A DNA stretch of 64,000 bases from Desulfobacterales bacterium. Lineage in GTDB: Bacteria; Desulfobacterota; Desulfobacteria; Desulfobacterales; UBA5852. The stretch covers positions 224,001 to 288,000 of the forward strand of contig CAXXVS010000002.1 of the NCBI GenBank assembly GCA_963674755.2. Reading direction: 5' to 3'. Each line of letters starts with the position of its first letter. The stretch's first letter is position 1. This document shows, in pieces, positions 60,820 through 64,000 of this stretch. The translations under genes and the position numbers were made by a program. The notes below the pieces were generated by a model. It saw only the letters and a program-made list of their open reading frames with translations, searched no databases and was not told the DNA's origin.

Positions 60820-61400
60820 TGAGCGATTCAACCAAAAAGCCAAACTGGGATCTCCTGTTTGAGACGGCGAACGCCCAAGAGGGCTACTTCACCACCAGGC
60901 AAGCTGCCGAGGCAGGTTTCTCGTCGCAGCTGCTTCTCAAGCACATCCGCGCGGGTCGCGTCACACGTACACGCCGGGGCATCTATAGGCTCGTCCACTT
61001 CCCTGCGGGTGAGCACGAAGAACTGGTCGTCGCTTGGCTCTGGTCGGACAGGGCCGGCGTCGTTTCGCACCAGACCGCGCTGTCGCTCCACGGGCTCTCG
61101 GACGTGCTGCCGGCGCATGTCCATCTGACCCTGCCGCGAGCTTGGCAAAGCCGCCGACTCAGGATTCCTGACGGGGTCGTGGTCCACCATGCTGACGTGC
61201 CATCGAACGACCGGTCCTGGTTCGGCGCGGTGCCGACCACCAACCCGCGCCGCACGCTGAACGACTGCGCTCACGAGGAACTGTCGCCCGATCTGCTGCG
61301 CCAAGCAGCTCAGCAAGCCATTCGTCGGGGCCTCGTTACCACGGCAGAGATCGGCGAGGTCGAAGAGGCGCTGCGCGTTTTCGGAGGGTTCGGCATATGA
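60819..61400 (+). CDS. abiEi: Type IV TA antitoxin, AbiEi family
   Basis: QEGYFT..QA, RGIYRL, VSHQTALSLHGL, VPTT.P.RTL.D. Confidence 0.88.
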   Translation: MSDSTKKPNWDLLFETANAQEGYFTTRQAAEAGFSSQLLLKHIRAGRVTRTRRGIYRLVHFPAGEHEELVVAWLWSDRAGVVSHQTALSLHGLSDVLPAHVHLTLPRAWQSRRLRIPDGVVVHHADVPSNDRSWFGAVPTTNPRRTLNDCAHEELSPDLLRQAAQQAIRRGLVTTAEIGEVEEALRVFGGFGI

Positions 61401-62314
61401 CGACCCGCACCTATTCTTCACCCGCGGCCTTCAAACAGGCGCTTGAACAGCGCCTACGCTCGGCGACAAATACGGGTGTAGAGTTCGCCCGCAAGCGGCA
61501 GCTGCTCGTGTTTGATCGCTTCCTCGCGCGTATCGTCGCCACGCTCGGTGACACCGCCACACTTAAAGGTGGGCTCGTGCTGGAGCTTCGCCTCAAGCGG
61601 GCGCGCACCACGAAGGACGTCGACCTGAGGTTGATGGACTTTCAGGGTGGCATCCTTGAGAGGTTGCAGGAAGCGGGCAGACAAGACCTCGGCGACTTCA
61701 TGACCTTCGAGGTCGGCCCGGACAACGAACACCCGGAGATTGTGAACGATGGGTTGCAGTACGATGGCCTTCGATTCCGTGCTGAGTGCCGGCTCGCCGG
61801 GAAGGTATACGGCCAGCCCTTCGGCGTTGACGTTGCGTTTGGTGATCCGATCCTTGGAGAGCCCGAGGTGGTGGTGGCGGAAGACGTGTTGGCGTTCGCC
61901 GGCATCGCGCCACCCAGACTGCGCCTGTACCCGGTTGAGTCCCACATCGCCGAAAAGCTGCATGCGTACACCATGCCCCGCAGTCGTCCCAATTCGCGGG
62001 TGAAGGATCTACCGGACATCGCCTTATTGGCCTCCGTGCGTGACATCGACAGCATGACATTGCGCACCGCCATCGAACGGACGTTCAAACACCGGGCGAC
62101 ACACCCAGTGCCAGCGTCGGCGCCCGCGCCTTCGGAAGCTTGGGCGCCTGTCTATGCTCGAATGGCAGCGAACGACAGGCTCAAGTGGCAGACACTGGAT
62201 GAGCTGACCCGGGCCGTTCAAACTTTTCTCGACCCGCTGCTCGCTGGGGAGATCGGGAAATGGGAAGCGGAGGCGTGGGCCTGGTCCGCCGTTCAGGCGA
62301 ACAATCCGAAATAA
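61397..62314 (+). CDS. abiEii: Type IV TA toxin, AbiEii nucleotidyltransferase
   Basis: LKGG, RTTKDVD, IAEKLHA, SRVKDL.D; ATGA overlap with abiEi. Confidence 0.9.
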   Translation: MTTRTYSSPAAFKQALEQRLRSATNTGVEFARKRQLLVFDRFLARIVATLGDTATLKGGLVLELRLKRARTTKDVDLRLMDFQGGILERLQEAGRQDLGDFMTFEVGPDNEHPEIVNDGLQYDGLRFRAECRLAGKVYGQPFGVDVAFGDPILGEPEVVVAEDVLAFAGIAPPRLRLYPVESHIAEKLHAYTMPRSRPNSRVKDLPDIALLASVRDIDSMTLRTAIERTFKHRATHPVPASAPAPSEAWAPVYARMAANDRLKWQTLDELTRAVQTFLDPLLAGEIGKWEAEAWAWSAVQANNPK

Positions 62315-62629
62315 TGACGAGTTGCACAGCTTGTCCAAAAAACTCTTGGAGCTTTGAGCGGGCGCCTATTTTGACGCCTATTTGATGGGCATTATGTAAG
62401 AACCCCTAAATCTCAATTTGTCCTCATCTGACAAACCGAAGTGTTAGCCTCATGGATGCACTTATCAAAGGCTTGGAGGCGCGTGGCTTTAAAGTGGGGC
62501 TGAAAGAACAATTGGTTGAAGTCCAGATCCACGGCAAATCTTTGAGATTCGGTCTCAGCGAGAACCTCGAGACCAGAAAAGGGAACCGGAAAACGACAAT
62601 CTGGAAGCCAAACAACATTTAAACAACGT

Positions 62630-62663
62630 AAAAGGGGTTACCGAAAATCGGTAACCCCTTTTA
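62630..62663. terminator. Hairpin terminator 3' of the tRNA fragment
   Basis: AAAAGGGGTTACCG-AAAAT-CGGTAACCCCTTTT. Confidence 0.75.
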
Positions 62664-62678
62664 ATTATTAAAAATTTA

Positions 62679-62732
62679 TGGTGCCGAAGGCCGGACTTGA
62701 ACCGGCACGGGCGTAGCCCACTACCCCCTCAA
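62679..62732 (-). mobile_element. 3' half of tRNA-Leu(GAG): att site of an integrated element
   Basis: Minus strand TTGAGGGGGTAGTGGGCTACGCCCGTGCCGGTTCAAGTCCGGCCTTCGGCACCA runs from the anticodon loop through the long variable arm to CCA; 5' half absent. Confidence 0.85.
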
Positions 62733-63070
62733 TGTATTTATTTGTTGTGATAACAGACAAATACACACACTAAGCGACACAAATATATAGAAAATTGCGA
62801 TTAGCCGTTATGCCTTTTTTTATCTAATTTTACCTTTGTTCCCGCCATTCTGGTTGCAAAATGGTAGCAACCACACCCCCCTTCAAGACGATTACCCAAT
62901 AGTCTCATAATTCAGCCGACCTTCGTTAGTGAAAAATACAAAAACCCCTTAAACATTCCAGAGACTAAATCAAGAATGTTTGCCCGTTGATGTAGAAAAT
63001 ACAGGAACTTACATTGCCTTCAGACCCTAACCGCTCTATTTCTACTAATCCTAAATCAGGAGGCAATAAC

Positions 63071-63253
63071 ATGAAGAGATTTTTAACCGTTGACGAATTG
63101 GCAAGAGAACTCCAGGTGCCGAAAAGTTGGGTTTATTCGCGAACCCGCATTAAAGGACCTGACCAAATTCCTCATCTCCGTTGCGGAAAATATTGTCGGT
63201 TCGATTTCGAAGAAGTGCTGGCTTGGCTGCAGCAGAACCAAGGAACGGAATAA
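63071..63253 (+). CDS. Excisionase-like HTH_17 DNA-binding protein
   Basis: LTVDELA..L.V.KSWVY...IPHLR.GK..RF...V..WL; RBS AGGAGG. Confidence 0.85.
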   Translation: MKRFLTVDELARELQVPKSWVYSRTRIKGPDQIPHLRCGKYCRFDFEEVLAWLQQNQGTE

Positions 63254-63268
63254 TGAGGAGGGTAGCCA

Positions 63269-64000
63269 ATGGATAATCCAAACAACAATCACACAGGAAA
63301 GGACAAGGACAAAGGAAACGTCATCAAGTTCCCAGGCAAGGAGGCCCCGAAGCCTATGGCCGAGGAGTCTGGTGACTTCCCTCCCGAAGAGCAGCCGGCA
63401 GAGGCTCCAATGCCAGCAGAGCCGGAAACGTCCCACCAAACATTACCCGCTCCGCACCTTATCACTAAGGTCAAGGCCGAGGACCTCCTTCCCCTCGCCC
63501 TGGAGCAAGTCAAGCTGTTCCACACGGCGGACCGGGGTGTCTTTGCCGATGTCATGATGGGAGGCGTACAAAAGACCCTGATGCTCGGCACCAAGGACAC
63601 CGCAGAATGGATTGAAGAACTTTCCTACCGGGCCTTCGGGATGACTCCCAGCCGTCAGGTCTTTAAAACGGTAAACCGGCTGCTGCGAGCCAAAGCTCTC
63701 TTCGAGGGACCCGAGCGGTCGGTCCATCTCAGATACGCCGCTCACGGTGGATGCATCTACATCGACCTTGCAAATGAACAGTGGGAGCAGGTCGAGATTT
63801 CCGAGGCCGGCAGGCGAATCATTTCCGCCCACGAATCCCCGGTGCGGTTCCGCAGAGAGCAGGGCATGGCGGCCATGTGCTATCCCGCCGAGAATGGGAG
63901 CTTCGAACCCCTGCGGAGCATCCTCAACCTGGACAGCGAAGCCGATTTCATCCTGATGGTCAGCTGGCTCATCGGGGCCATGAACCCCAAGGGACCTTTC
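63269..64000 (+). CDS. Putative replication/helicase-associated protein of an integrative element, partial
   Basis: Manually read 244-codon open frame running off the edge (KLFHTAD...YIDLANEQW...SPVRFRR...LMVSWLIGAMNPKGPF); RBS GAGGAGG; function inferred from context. Confidence 0.6.
   Translation, partial: MDNPNNNHTGKDKDKGNVIKFPGKEAPKPMAEESGDFPPEEQPAEAPMPAEPETSHQTLPAPHLITKVKAEDLLPLALEQVKLFHTADRGVFADVMMGGVQKTLMLGTKDTAEWIEELSYRAFGMTPSRQVFKTVNRLLRAKALFEGPERSVHLRYAAHGGCIYIDLANEQWEQVEISEAGRRIISAHESPVRFRREQGMAAMCYPAENGSFEPLRSILNLDSEADFILMVSWLIGAMNPKGPF

Noticed and set aside
62452..62622. Short ORF MDALIKGLEARGFKV...
   Set aside because: Probably a gene fragment; too short and unsupported to call.
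62679..62732. Intact tRNA-Leu gene
   Set aside because: The D-arm and 5' acceptor strand are absent; treated as an att site.

Overview
This GC-rich window looks like the chromosome of a sulfate-reducing deltaproteobacterium (Desulfobacterota-like); that is inferred from gene content and order only. It has five blocks. (1) 1-17.6 kb: LPS core/Kdo/lipid A cluster with heptosyltransferases, waaA, waaG, waaP and further LPS kinases. Its kdsA operon carries a transaldolase-CBS fusion where kdsD normally sits. (2) 17.9-37.2 kb: housekeeping genes (yicC, remA, gmk, rlmB, comF, hldC, pgeF, pyrK, Fo ATP synthase, uvrA, an orphan dnaA, suhB, hflX, dnaB, rplI, rpsR, rpsF). (3) 37.4-48.2 kb: a degenerate tRNA 3' half, then a PadR-headed catabolic operon built around an unassigned glycyl radical enzyme. 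(4) 48.3-62.7 kb: a defence island with a GEMM-I riboswitch bearing the 3',3'-cGAMP-type discriminator just upstream of Wadjet jetABCD (jetC frameshifted), plus HipA/HTH, MNT/truncated HEPN and AbiE. (5) 62.7-64 kb: a tRNA-Leu 3'-end att site and the start of an integrated element. Top leads are the riboswitch-Wadjet arrangement, the variant Kdo operon and the GRE operon. All calls come from reading motifs by eye; no searches were run.
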